Source: a virus
IMG/VR virus record: IMGVR_UViG_3300045538_000426
Location: 1-64,000 of that record
Direction: 5' to 3' (one strand)
Length of the DNA stretch: 64,000 nt
Below are positions 46,545 through 55,656 of the stretch, one piece after another. How positions within the stretch are numbered: the stretch's first letter is position 1; every line of letters begins with the position of its first letter. A program made the position numbers and the translations under genes. The notes below the pieces were generated by a model. It was not told the DNA's origin and did no database searches. It saw nothing but the letters and a program-made list of their open reading frames with translations.

Positions 46545-47408
46545 ATGAAATATACATTCAAAGACAAACTTTTTTTGGTCACTGGCGGCAGCGGATTTCT
46601 AGGAAAACCACTGGTTGCTAGGTTATTGGCCGACGGTGCAATGGTTCGTGTGTTGGCTAGAGACGAGGGCAAGCTCATCGAACTAAAACAATTATATCCA
46701 TCAGTTGAGATATTGACGGGCGACGTTTCGGATGAATTTGAAGTACGACAAGCCATGTTGGGCGTAAACGGTGTGTTTCACCTCGCTGCGTCAAAGCACA
46801 TAGGAATTGCTGAGAAGCAAGTAAGAGAGTGTATAAAATCAAATACGATAGGTTCGATGAATATACTGGCTGAATCTCTTAGAAACCCGGTGGAATTCGT
46901 CATCGGTATAAGCACGGATAAGACAGCGAAGGTATCGGGTGTTTACGGTGCGTCTAAGTTTTTGATGGAGAGATTGTTCAAACAATATGAACAATTGAAT
47001 ACTAAATGTGATTATCGAATAGTGAGATATGGAAATGTGATATACTCCACTGGATCGGTGTTGTGTAAGTGGAGGGAGGCAATTCTAAAGAACCAACAAA
47101 TCACGGTGACGGATTTAGACGCAACTCGTTTCTTTTGGACAGTAGACCAGGCAATAAACCTAATTTATGAATGTCTGGCTAGTGCTAAAGATTCTACTCC
47201 TTTTGTTCCTGAGATGAAAGGTATGAGTCTTAGAAACCTATTGATTGCTATGGAAGAGAAGTATTCTACTACGCCCGCTGTCAGGCCAGACTGGAACATA
47301 ATCGGATTACAGCCGGGAGAAAACCTACATGAGAAAATTGTATCGGATGGACCGGATTCGAGTCAGGTTCAACAATACGAGATCGATGAAATTAAAAACT
47401 TGATATGA
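46545..47408 (+). CDS. NDP-sugar 4,6-dehydratase (PseB/CapD-like)
   Basis: LVTGGSGFLG, VFHLAASKHI, ISTDK, YGASKFLME, VRYGNVIYSTGSV, TRFFW, GLQPGENLHE; TATTTATT box at 46527-46534. Confidence 0.9.
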   Translation: MKYTFKDKLFLVTGGSGFLGKPLVARLLADGAMVRVLARDEGKLIELKQLYPSVEILTGDVSDEFEVRQAMLGVNGVFHLAASKHIGIAEKQVRECIKSNTIGSMNILAESLRNPVEFVIGISTDKTAKVSGVYGASKFLMERLFKQYEQLNTKCDYRIVRYGNVIYSTGSVLCKWREAILKNQQITVTDLDATRFFWTVDQAINLIYECLASAKDSTPFVPEMKGMSLRNLLIAMEEKYSTTPAVRPDWNIIGLQPGENLHEKIVSDGPDSSQVQQYEIDEIKNLI

Positions 47409-48271
47409 AATTCCTTATATTGGGCGGAAATAGATTCGTTGGGAAGAAATTAGCAACCAGATTGGTTTCCAAGGGACATCAAGTAACCGTCTTGAATCGT
47501 TCGGGAACCGGCCCAACCGGATGTGAGATAATAAAACACGACCGCAATCTTGGGTTTTCCGACCCAAAATTCGATGATTGGAATCGTCCTTTGGGGGAAT
47601 CTCCGAGGTTCGATGATGTAATAGATTTCTGTCTTTTTAAACCAGAACAAGCGGTAAGTCTGATTACAAAGTTTTCTCCACAACAGAAATACACATTTAT
47701 CAGCAGCGCCGCTGCTTATGCTGATTCTCATTCTCAATTGTATACCGAGTATATGCCTATCGGCGGTAGGAGCGCTTTTGGAGAGTATGGAAAAGAAAAA
47801 TCTCTATGTGAGTATGTTATTGAAAAGAATAATGTCAATTATGTGGTATTCCGTCCGTCTTATATAGTCGGCAACGATTGTCCAAGACCAAGATTGAGGT
47901 ATTACATTAACAGCATTTTGTCGGAGGGAAAAGCATTTGTGCCGGGTGATGGAAAAGCGTTATTTAGTTTAGTTTGGGTAGATGACGTAGTCGACACGAT
48001 ATACAACTACGTGACAAACGTCGACCGAGTGTATTCTGGACGAAGAGATAGATTTAATATCACCGGTTATGATGTATACAGTCACATCGGGTTGGTGACT
48101 GAGATTTCGGAGTTCTTAAAAAAGAAAGTGGATATTGTGTATGAGTCAAAAGACACACCGTTTCTAAACGAGAATTTTATTATCTCCCCCGCTAAACTCG
48201 GAGAGAGGTTCGTGCCAATAAAATATAGACTAATGGAATTTTGCGATTACAATGGGATTAGATATGAATAA
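47405..48271 (+). CDS. NAD-dependent epimerase/dehydratase family protein
   Basis: ILGGNRFVG, FISS, YGKEK, FRPSYIVG, VWVDDV. Confidence 0.85.
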   Translation: MKFLILGGNRFVGKKLATRLVSKGHQVTVLNRSGTGPTGCEIIKHDRNLGFSDPKFDDWNRPLGESPRFDDVIDFCLFKPEQAVSLITKFSPQQKYTFISSAAAYADSHSQLYTEYMPIGGRSAFGEYGKEKSLCEYVIEKNNVNYVVFRPSYIVGNDCPRPRLRYYINSILSEGKAFVPGDGKALFSLVWVDDVVDTIYNYVTNVDRVYSGRRDRFNITGYDVYSHIGLVTEISEFLKKKVDIVYESKDTPFLNENFIISPAKLGERFVPIKYRLMEFCDYNGIRYE

Positions 48272-49409
48272 ACTATTAAGATCAAAACCGTATATTCCAG
48301 AAGCAGACATTCCCGCTATTGTAAAAAATCTCGAAGAAGTAGTCAGAAGCGGAATGTTCATACAGGGAAAATACGTCGGTCAATTGGAAAAATCATTTGC
48401 TGAATACTGTGGAACTAAGTTTGCTGTTGCTACCAACTCCGGTGCTACTGCGCTTGAGGTTGCTTTGAGAGCAACAGGAGTCGAAAATAAAAAGATAATC
48501 GTCCCAACCCAAACGTTTGTAGCCTCGGTCAGTGCCATAATACGGTCAAATAACATTCCGGTGATTGTTGACGTCGAGGAAGATACACAGAGCCTCAGTG
48601 CACGGATTATACGTGAAAACGTTGACAATGATGTATTCGCGGTAATGTGGGTTCATATGGCGGGCTTCATAAGTCCTGATTACTACAATATAAAGAAACT
48701 ATGTGACAGTCTGGGTATTCTTTTGATAGAAGATGCGTCGCATGCGGTAGGAGCATCAATCGACGGTATAAAAGCAGGTAACTTGGGATTTGCTGGTTGT
48801 TTTTCTCTGTTTGCTACGAAGATTATAACGAGTGGTGAGGGTGGGATTATAACCACAAATGATGCCGATTTTGCTGAGAGATGTAGGGTGATAAGAAATC
48901 ACGGATGTATCCGTAATCCAGCTCCTTATGAGGGAATTGATTTCGGAGTCAATTGCACGTATGCATCCTCGAATTATAGAATGCCGGAATTGTCGGCGGT
49001 AATCGGTGCGAGCCAGATGCCGAGAATAGACCTATTCGTGTTAAAGCGAAATGTCCTCGCCCTCGCCTATGATTTACACATCACAAATCCACGTATCACA
49101 AAACCATCCATACCGGATAACACAACTATGACTTGGTGGCAATACATCGTTTCTCTTCCGGAGGGAACTACATTGGAAGCCAGAACGGAATTATGCACGA
49201 CGTTGTTGAGGGATCATGGAATATCCACTGCGAATGCTTATTGGCCTCCGTGTCATGAACAACCGGCATTCAAGAAATACGTCGCTGCTGGTCAGAAATA
49301 TGAAGTAGCCGATAGTCTCCTTAAACGTCACCTTGCTCTTCCGTTATACGTTGAAATGGATTTGGAACAGGTGAGATTCGTTTCCGACGTAATCAATAAA
49401 ATTGTATGA
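48264..49409 (+). CDS. DegT/DnrJ/EryC1/StrS PLP-dependent sugar aminotransferase
   Basis: TNSGATAL, IEDASHAVGA, FSLFATKIITSGEGG, SNYRMPELSA, LALPL; the in-frame ATG at 48252 is an alternative start. Confidence 0.93.
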   Translation: MNKLLRSKPYIPEADIPAIVKNLEEVVRSGMFIQGKYVGQLEKSFAEYCGTKFAVATNSGATALEVALRATGVENKKIIVPTQTFVASVSAIIRSNNIPVIVDVEEDTQSLSARIIRENVDNDVFAVMWVHMAGFISPDYYNIKKLCDSLGILLIEDASHAVGASIDGIKAGNLGFAGCFSLFATKIITSGEGGIITTNDADFAERCRVIRNHGCIRNPAPYEGIDFGVNCTYASSNYRMPELSAVIGASQMPRIDLFVLKRNVLALAYDLHITNPRITKPSIPDNTTMTWWQYIVSLPEGTTLEARTELCTTLLRDHGISTANAYWPPCHEQPAFKKYVAAGQKYEVADSLLKRHLALPLYVEMDLEQVRFVSDVINKIV

Positions 49410-50101
49410 AGACTATAAGTATTCATCAACCTAACTATCTACCGTGGTTGGGCTTCTTCGATAAGGTAGCCAAGAGTGACACGTTCGTTGTCTTCGATAA
49501 CGTTCAATTCCCGCGTGGAAAACAACACTTCGGGCATAGAAATTTGATAAAATCACCCAATGGAGAAGGTAGGTGGTTAACGGTCCCTCTTATTGGAAAG
49601 AGTGATATGAAAAACTTCAATGAGATTGAAATCAATCACAATGGATGGAACCTAGATCACTTAAATCTAATCAAATCCTTTTACTCCAAATCGACGTATT
49701 TCAGCAAATATTATCCAGAGTTGGAGACTATTTTAAAGAAACCCCACGTCACTTTGTCCGATTTAAATGTGGAATTGATAAAGTTTCTACTGGCTTCATT
49801 GCATATTGACGTGGAAGTGGTTCTATGTTCTGAGGTATGTGGGACGGACGTGTCTGGTGCTGACAGAATCATGTTCCTATTAAAGAAATTGAATGCGACG
49901 CATTATATATCAGGAACAGGCCCAGGGTCAGTGAAATATATCAACGAACAGGAATTCAAGGATAATGGAATAGAATTAATATGGCAGAACTATTCACATC
50001 CTATGTATAAGCAGTTATACGGCGATTTTGTATCAAATTTATCTGTGATTGATTTGTTGTTCAATCACGGTCCATATTGCCGTGACATTTTAGAAAATTA
50101 A
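49406..50101 (+). CDS. WbqC-family protein
   Basis: SIHQPNYLPWLGFFDK, FVVFDNVQF, WLTVP, YISG.G...Y, LSVIDLLFNHG. Confidence 0.92.
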   Translation: MKTISIHQPNYLPWLGFFDKVAKSDTFVVFDNVQFPRGKQHFGHRNLIKSPNGEGRWLTVPLIGKSDMKNFNEIEINHNGWNLDHLNLIKSFYSKSTYFSKYYPELETILKKPHVTLSDLNVELIKFLLASLHIDVEVVLCSEVCGTDVSGADRIMFLLKKLNATHYISGTGPGSVKYINEQEFKDNGIELIWQNYSHPMYKQLYGDFVSNLSVIDLLFNHGPYCRDILEN

Positions 50102-50102
50102 C

Positions 50103-50759
50103 ATGGCTAGAAAAATAATGGCAATAGGGGCACATCCTGATGATGTGGAATTCGGTTGTTCTGGTACTCTCGTTCGACATAAAGCTGACGGTGACTTCGT
50201 TTCATATGTGTGTATGACGGATACCGAATCCAAGGACGGTACGACTGGTGAACTTCTACGGACGTTGGAACAGAACCGAGAAGAGACATTGGCTGCCGCG
50301 TCGGTGATTGGTTGTGATTTTGTGGATTTTCTCCCGTTTAAAGATCTTCACGTTCCATTCTCATTTGACTCGGTGAGTATGCTTGAGAAGCTCATAAAAA
50401 AATATGACATAGATATGATTTATACTCACTGGGCCGGTGATGCAAATCAAGATCATATTTCTACATTTAGAACGACGATGGCCGCTGCTAGGTATGTTCC
50501 CGATGTGGTCTGTTATGAACAGATTCCCATAGCAAGGATGTCGGAAAATCAAATGGAAACGACGTATTACGTGAATATAACCGACCAATTTTCAACAAAG
50601 ATTTCGGCTTCCATGAAACACAAGAGTCAGATAGAGAAATACGAAAAACATGGTTTGGACGTTAGAGAGAATTTGGAAACGTTGGCTAAATTTAGAGGTA
50701 TACAAGCAAGATGTAAGTATGCAGAAGCATTTCACATCATTAAAATGGTGAAATCATAA
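50103..50759 (+). CDS. PIG-L family N-deacetylase
   Basis: IGAHPDDVEFGCSG, IYTHW.GD.NQDH, EAF. Confidence 0.92.
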   Translation: MARKIMAIGAHPDDVEFGCSGTLVRHKADGDFVSYVCMTDTESKDGTTGELLRTLEQNREETLAAASVIGCDFVDFLPFKDLHVPFSFDSVSMLEKLIKKYDIDMIYTHWAGDANQDHISTFRTTMAAARYVPDVVCYEQIPIARMSENQMETTYYVNITDQFSTKISASMKHKSQIEKYEKHGLDVRENLETLAKFRGIQARCKYAEAFHIIKMVKS

Positions 50760-50760
50760 T

Positions 50761-51840
50761 ATGAATATAGAATTCGACGTCACATTAAACTGCAATTTCA
50801 GTTGTTTGAATTGTAATCGACATAGCAATTTCAATTCGCTTGAAAATCCACACGACCACACCAAGTCAGCTGGCCTCAATTATTACGACAATACAAACGT
50901 ATCAATGAACGCGGTAGATAAGTTAATTTCCGACGTTAAGTTACATGGTGGTATAAAAAGAATCCATGTTATAGGTGGGGAACCGTTGACACATCCCGAG
51001 ATAGACAAGATAGTGGACAAGCTTCGTGATGAATTGTTGGGGTTGTATGTTCCCGATATTGTCATTATTTCAAATCTTCACCCGAAAATGATAAAAGCGG
51101 GAACATTGGATACCCCAAAACAAATTGTTCAAAACTTTCCATTTGATAGAATCGACACTATACAATGGGGATATACACCGTCGTTCTTGCCTGCTTTAAT
51201 GAAAGCTTTGGCTGATTTGTTGAAATCTACGGGGATGACAACCGATGTTTTATCTGATAAATTATCGGAGTTAGTCGTTCAAGAAGACCCAAATAAAAAG
51301 ACAACTGCACATGATATACTGTCTACTGTAAAGATGTTCAGGGGGATGCTAGTTTCTAACTTCACGATGTTAGCTGATAAATCAGACGTTCACAGATGTT
51401 CCCTTGTATCTCCATATGACTCTGGTCAAGAAATGATTCCACTGTGTAACATACCAAATAAATGTGGGACAAATTATTCATTCGATGGATACTGGCCGTG
51501 TTCGCAAGGTGCCGCGATAGCTAGGATGTTCAATCTCACTCAATATAATCGAAAAGACATACCGATGAAGTTTGAGGATTGGGGAGATGTTGATTCTAAA
51601 GGAAATGCTATTGTAAACTCGAAGTCAAATATGTGGGAATTGTGCAAACACTGTCAACTGTCTGCAAAAACCAAGATGTTAGAGAAAGACCATGGTAGAC
51701 CGATATCCATAAGTTATAGGAAGGCATTGGGTATAGAGGGAGATTCAAAGCCATCGTCTCCCCACGTTGTTCCAAGTCATAAGAAAAATCTAGCCACGTC
51801 GATATACTTAGAAAAGTGTGAAACTGAATGTAAATCCTGA
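50761..51840 (+). CDS. radical SAM protein
   Basis: CNFSCLNC (CxxxCxxC), IGGEPLTHP, additional C-terminal cysteines (CNIPNKCG, WPCSQG, LCKHC). Confidence 0.85.
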   Translation: MNIEFDVTLNCNFSCLNCNRHSNFNSLENPHDHTKSAGLNYYDNTNVSMNAVDKLISDVKLHGGIKRIHVIGGEPLTHPEIDKIVDKLRDELLGLYVPDIVIISNLHPKMIKAGTLDTPKQIVQNFPFDRIDTIQWGYTPSFLPALMKALADLLKSTGMTTDVLSDKLSELVVQEDPNKKTTAHDILSTVKMFRGMLVSNFTMLADKSDVHRCSLVSPYDSGQEMIPLCNIPNKCGTNYSFDGYWPCSQGAAIARMFNLTQYNRKDIPMKFEDWGDVDSKGNAIVNSKSNMWELCKHCQLSAKTKMLEKDHGRPISISYRKALGIEGDSKPSSPHVVPSHKKNLATSIYLEKCETECKS

Positions 51841-52762
51841 GTTCGGAATAGAACTAGCCCTAGCAGTTCCTTACGCTTACTGGTTACACCTAAACGGTGA
51901 ACTTGAATCTGTAACGACGTCCCGTGGAATGCGTCCCTTCTATTACTTCTGCAATGACGTCCGGGAAGATTATCAGACGAGAAGCATTGATAACGTAGCC
52001 GCATTGCAGAATGTGCCGAATCAGTGGATACACCACAATGCTATGGCTATAACAGGAAAAGATTATAGTGACATGACCTCCGAAGAACAGTCATCGGTGA
52101 ATGGCGTCCTAGATTATTCCAAGTGGTCACCCGTTCCATTCCGAGAACATTACAAAAACGAGGAGTTTAAGTTTAAGAAACCGACTGTTTTTATAACCAA
52201 TAAGTTCAACATAGAACACGGCGAACCTCCGATGGGATATTTTGATATAGAGTGTTTATATGAGATGTTCAAATATCTCACTGAGAAGGGATATACCGTC
52301 GTTTATAAAAGAGCCACGAATCGTGAGAAGGAGTTTTCTTTAGATTCAAATGAGGAGATGTCTCTCAGAGACGGTTACTTAGATATACAAGCTGATGTAG
52401 ACGGAGTCGGTGTTATGACGGATTTCCAATTAACAAAACACTTTGACGATGTTATTTTGGTGGATGACTTGGTCAGTAAATCTAAGTTATCATATAACGA
52501 AACTCAACTTAGAATAATGGCAAACTGTGATAAATTCATAAGTGTTTGTGGTGGGAATTCAATTTTGTCTTCCATGTTTGGTGGAACTGTGATAAGTTAC
52601 ATCCACAAAGGTAAGGAATTGAGAAAAAATTACTTTGGTGAGAACAGTTATTTCCGAAAGTTATCCGGAGCAAATGTCATCCCCGTAATAGATCCGGACG
52701 TTATGAAAACCGGCATTCACAATTACTCAAGCCTTAAATCCGCTATACTAACTAATTTCTAA
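51818..52762 (+). CDS. hypothetical protein, possibly glycosyltransferase-like
   Basis: EFGIELALAVPYAY...FISVCGGNSILSSMFG; locus context only. Confidence 0.45.
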   Translation: MKLNVNPEFGIELALAVPYAYWLHLNGELESVTTSRGMRPFYYFCNDVREDYQTRSIDNVAALQNVPNQWIHHNAMAITGKDYSDMTSEEQSSVNGVLDYSKWSPVPFREHYKNEEFKFKKPTVFITNKFNIEHGEPPMGYFDIECLYEMFKYLTEKGYTVVYKRATNREKEFSLDSNEEMSLRDGYLDIQADVDGVGVMTDFQLTKHFDDVILVDDLVSKSKLSYNETQLRIMANCDKFISVCGGNSILSSMFGGTVISYIHKGKELRKNYFGENSYFRKLSGANVIPVIDPDVMKTGIHNYSSLKSAILTNF

Positions 52763-52763
52763 T

Positions 52764-53936
52764 ATGAATATAAGCTTCATTCAACCCTCCCGTGATAATC
52801 TGAAATACCTGAAGTGGTCATACGCTTCTATACGAAAGAATCTCGCCAATAAGGAACATGAGATATGCGTCGCCGACGACTTCAGCCACGATGGCACAGA
52901 GGAATGGTGCAAAGAAATGGTCAAGTCAGACCCGTATTTTAAGTTTATACGAAATAATGGACCTACTCGATTGGGTCACACGATATTGTATGACAGACTG
53001 ATTAATGACGTTGCAACCAATGATGTTGTTATGATTTGGCACGCTGACATGTATGCGTGTCCCGGGTTGGATACGCAAATAGAGAACCATATCAAACCAG
53101 GTGTGGTCGTTAGCCTAACGAGGATCGAACCTCCTCTCCATCCACCGGGTCCAGAAAAGATAACCGCTGCCTTCGGAGAGGAACCGGAAGATTTTGACGA
53201 AGAAAAATTTCTAAAATGGTTTAAATTAGCAGTAACATCCTATAAAGATAAGACCACCGAAGGTATATTTGCGCCTTGGGCTATATACAAGAAGGACTTC
53301 CAATCTATCGGTGGGCACGATTCACTCTTCGCCCCACAATCCAAGGAGGATAGTGACATATTCAATCGATTTCTATTAAATGGATACAAGTTCATCCAAA
53401 CCTGGGAAGGATGTGTATATCACATGACATGTCGGGGAAGCAGATTTAACCCTACTCTCACGGAGGTTGGAAAGGAAAGTCAAGAGTGGTTGAAGCAGAA
53501 TAACCGAAGTGCTAGGAATTTTATAAGAAAGTGGGGGCACTTCGTTAAACACGACTCTTATATGAAGCCCATCGTTCCGAAACTATACAAAGTAGGGTTT
53601 GTGATACGTAATATAAACGACCCGATGTTATCTGTGCTCGAACCTTGGTGTGGAACTTTATATTCCGATGTTAATTATGACAAATATATAGAATCGGAAC
53701 AGCCTAATACCAAATTTGACTTGCGCTCCAAGTTAAAGAAGTTATCGGAAGTCGGAGATGATGATGTAACTGTGGAGTTTGATGCTAGGGAATTTACGAA
53801 CAATCATTTCAATTTAATATCAAACTTGTCGGATGTTGTAACCGAGACTGGTGAGCCAGGCACATTTGAGTTCTCCATATTTAAAATAACTATCAATTCC
53901 ACAACTTCTCGCGAACTGAGTCTCATAAAGTTATGA
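52764..53936 (+). CDS. GT2 family glycosyltransferase
   Basis: ISFIQPSRDN, CVADDFSHDGT, WHADMY, SIGGHD..F.PQ..EDSD, YHMTCRGSR. Confidence 0.88.
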   Translation: MNISFIQPSRDNLKYLKWSYASIRKNLANKEHEICVADDFSHDGTEEWCKEMVKSDPYFKFIRNNGPTRLGHTILYDRLINDVATNDVVMIWHADMYACPGLDTQIENHIKPGVVVSLTRIEPPLHPPGPEKITAAFGEEPEDFDEEKFLKWFKLAVTSYKDKTTEGIFAPWAIYKKDFQSIGGHDSLFAPQSKEDSDIFNRFLLNGYKFIQTWEGCVYHMTCRGSRFNPTLTEVGKESQEWLKQNNRSARNFIRKWGHFVKHDSYMKPIVPKLYKVGFVIRNINDPMLSVLEPWCGTLYSDVNYDKYIESEQPNTKFDLRSKLKKLSEVGDDDVTVEFDAREFTNNHFNLISNLSDVVTETGEPGTFEFSIFKITINSTTSRELSLIKL

Positions 53937-54097
53937 GGGGATTTAAGAAACTGTTGATTAAGTGCTTTGACTCCAATGAAAATGGGAAATTGGAGTGGGG
54001 TGAGATAATATACCCGTTGACAGCGTTATTTATTTTCGAATTGTTATCAGGAATCATCGCAAACTTTCTATATGATATCATAAAGGGGGCTCGGTGA
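53933..54097 (+). CDS. 54-aa membrane microprotein with an EF-hand loop, absent from the ORF track
   Basis: MRGFKKLLIKCF-DSNENGKLEWGE-IIYPLTALFIFELLSGIIANFLYDIIKGAR; start and stop overlap both neighbours. Confidence 0.7.
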   Translation: MRGFKKLLIKCFDSNENGKLEWGEIIYPLTALFIFELLSGIIANFLYDIIKGAR

Positions 54098-54432
54098 GTA
54101 TACACTGGGGGTTTATTTCCATCCACGTATTGGCGTTGCTGATATGGTTGAGAACCGAAGCGGTGGTTGAATATGGAAGAATTTTGGGATTATCAAAATT
54201 TCTAAAAATTGACGATTATGATGAGAAACGTCTTTCCAATTTTGAGTTGGATTACATACTTTACCTAAGAACATTCCACGACAGTTTCATCATTAGACTC
54301 ATCACATGTCCAATCTGTCTCATGTGTTGGCTGACCTCGCCGGCTATAGTTTTATATGGCTTGTCCTCATATTCCGCAGATGTGTTGATTACCTTATTCT
54401 TTTACTATTTATTAGTAAAAGTAATGAGATGA
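54094..54432 (+). CDS. membrane protein with a CxxCxxxW motif (DUF1360-like)
   Basis: Hydrophobic segments and LITCPICLMCW. Confidence 0.55.
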   Translation: MSIHWGFISIHVLALLIWLRTEAVVEYGRILGLSKFLKIDDYDEKRLSNFELDYILYLRTFHDSFIIRLITCPICLMCWLTSPAIVLYGLSSYSADVLITLFFYYLLVKVMR

Positions 54433-54719
54433 ATAACATCAAGATCAACCACTTCACTGACTTATTTAACCTGATTAACTCGGTGGGATTGTCAAACGTT
54501 CATCCATTTGATAATTTTGATAAGACTGTAAGACGTTACGTAGCATTATGTGGATGTGATAGGGCAGCGGAGAAACAACAGGCCGGTAAAGATGCGTCGA
54601 AATTGTATTCGTCTTTGATACGCAACGAAATATCACAACATATTCAGTTGATTAAATCAAAGAAGCAAGCGATATCTATCAGTTTTTTTGAAGACGGTAA
54701 GCTAGCAGTCAAGTATTAA
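54429..54719 (+). CDS. hypothetical protein
   Basis: ATG at 54429 overlaps the upstream TGA; 96 aa with a CGC motif. Confidence 0.6.
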   Translation: MNNIKINHFTDLFNLINSVGLSNVHPFDNFDKTVRRYVALCGCDRAAEKQQAGKDASKLYSSLIRNEISQHIQLIKSKKQAISISFFEDGKLAVKY

Positions 54720-55609
54720 TCCTCCTTAGCATCACAGACGACCTTTTTATGTGGACAATACTTGCAGTTCTTCTTTCCTTTGCCGGGAACTTTAGGAAAC
54801 GAACCGTCTACTTTAAAAGATCCATCTTCAACAAAGCATTCTTCCACAAACGAAGTGAATCCTTTTAGAGAGTCGACTACCGCTGGTCTATTGCTGCACG
54901 GTGAGAACAATTGAATACGACTTTGTGGAAATTTCACATCGCTGAATAATTTCCGTTTTAGGATGAAAAATTCTACTTCAATGTCTTCCAGAGGTACCTG
55001 AAGTTTCTTACTGTAAAAGGCCTTGTAGATTATCAATTGACTGTATTTACTCTCATCCTCTTTCATGTAACTATTCCATCCACTCGATGAGGTTTTGAAG
55101 TCTATGATTTTGTATTTTCCCGTGGATTTGTCTCTGAGAACTATATCCAAAAATCCTACGAATTGGACATTATACTTAATGTCTATCTCAAGGGGAACTT
55201 CAGCTCCTATGAATTCATATTTCTTACTGGGAAAATTCTTCAGTCGGTTAGATGGTTTTGAGAACTCACCCAAGACGTCCTGCGCGTCAAAACAGAATTC
55301 GGTATACTCATCCTCTGTATATTTCAGTGTCTTGGTGGAACCATCTAACAATTCTCTGTCAAATGCGGTCTTGAAAATATCAAATAATTTTATCGAATCG
55401 GCCTCAACGTGACCTTTTGTGTAGAGAACTTCGAGGTATAACTGAAGAGCCTCGTGAATTGCAGTTCCGAAACATGTATTTACCGATCCCTCAAATTTAC
55501 GAAGATTCTGCAGATAATCATGTTTCCACTTAGCAGGGCAACGAAACCATGTCGCATACTGTGAATAACTCACTCTCTTCTTTTTTATAACGGGAACGGA
55601 TTCGTCCAT
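54716..55609 (-). CDS. Cas4/AddB-like PD-(D/E)XK exonuclease with predicted Fe-S cluster
   Basis: SYSQY..W.RCP, GTAIHEALQ, AEVPL, GFLDIV...IIDFKTS, QLIIY, CKYCPHKKVVC; ATG at 55609 preferred. Confidence 0.85.
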   Translation of the reverse strand: MDESVPVIKKKRVSYSQYATWFRCPAKWKHDYLQNLRKFEGSVNTCFGTAIHEALQLYLEVLYTKGHVEADSIKLFDIFKTAFDRELLDGSTKTLKYTEDEYTEFCFDAQDVLGEFSKPSNRLKNFPSKKYEFIGAEVPLEIDIKYNVQFVGFLDIVLRDKSTGKYKIIDFKTSSSGWNSYMKEDESKYSQLIIYKAFYSKKLQVPLEDIEVEFFILKRKLFSDVKFPQSRIQLFSPCSNRPAVVDSLKGFTSFVEECFVEDGSFKVDGSFPKVPGKGKKNCKYCPHKKVVCDAKED

Positions 55610-55656
55610 ATACCCCACTATAAGTGGTTTTTGACGAAAGTCCACTACTTATACCC
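55610..55656. promoter_or_regulatory. compact divergent promoter region
   Basis: CACTTATA on the minus strand (55619-55626) and TACTTATA on the plus strand (55646-55653), each within 10 nt of its ATG. Confidence 0.55.
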
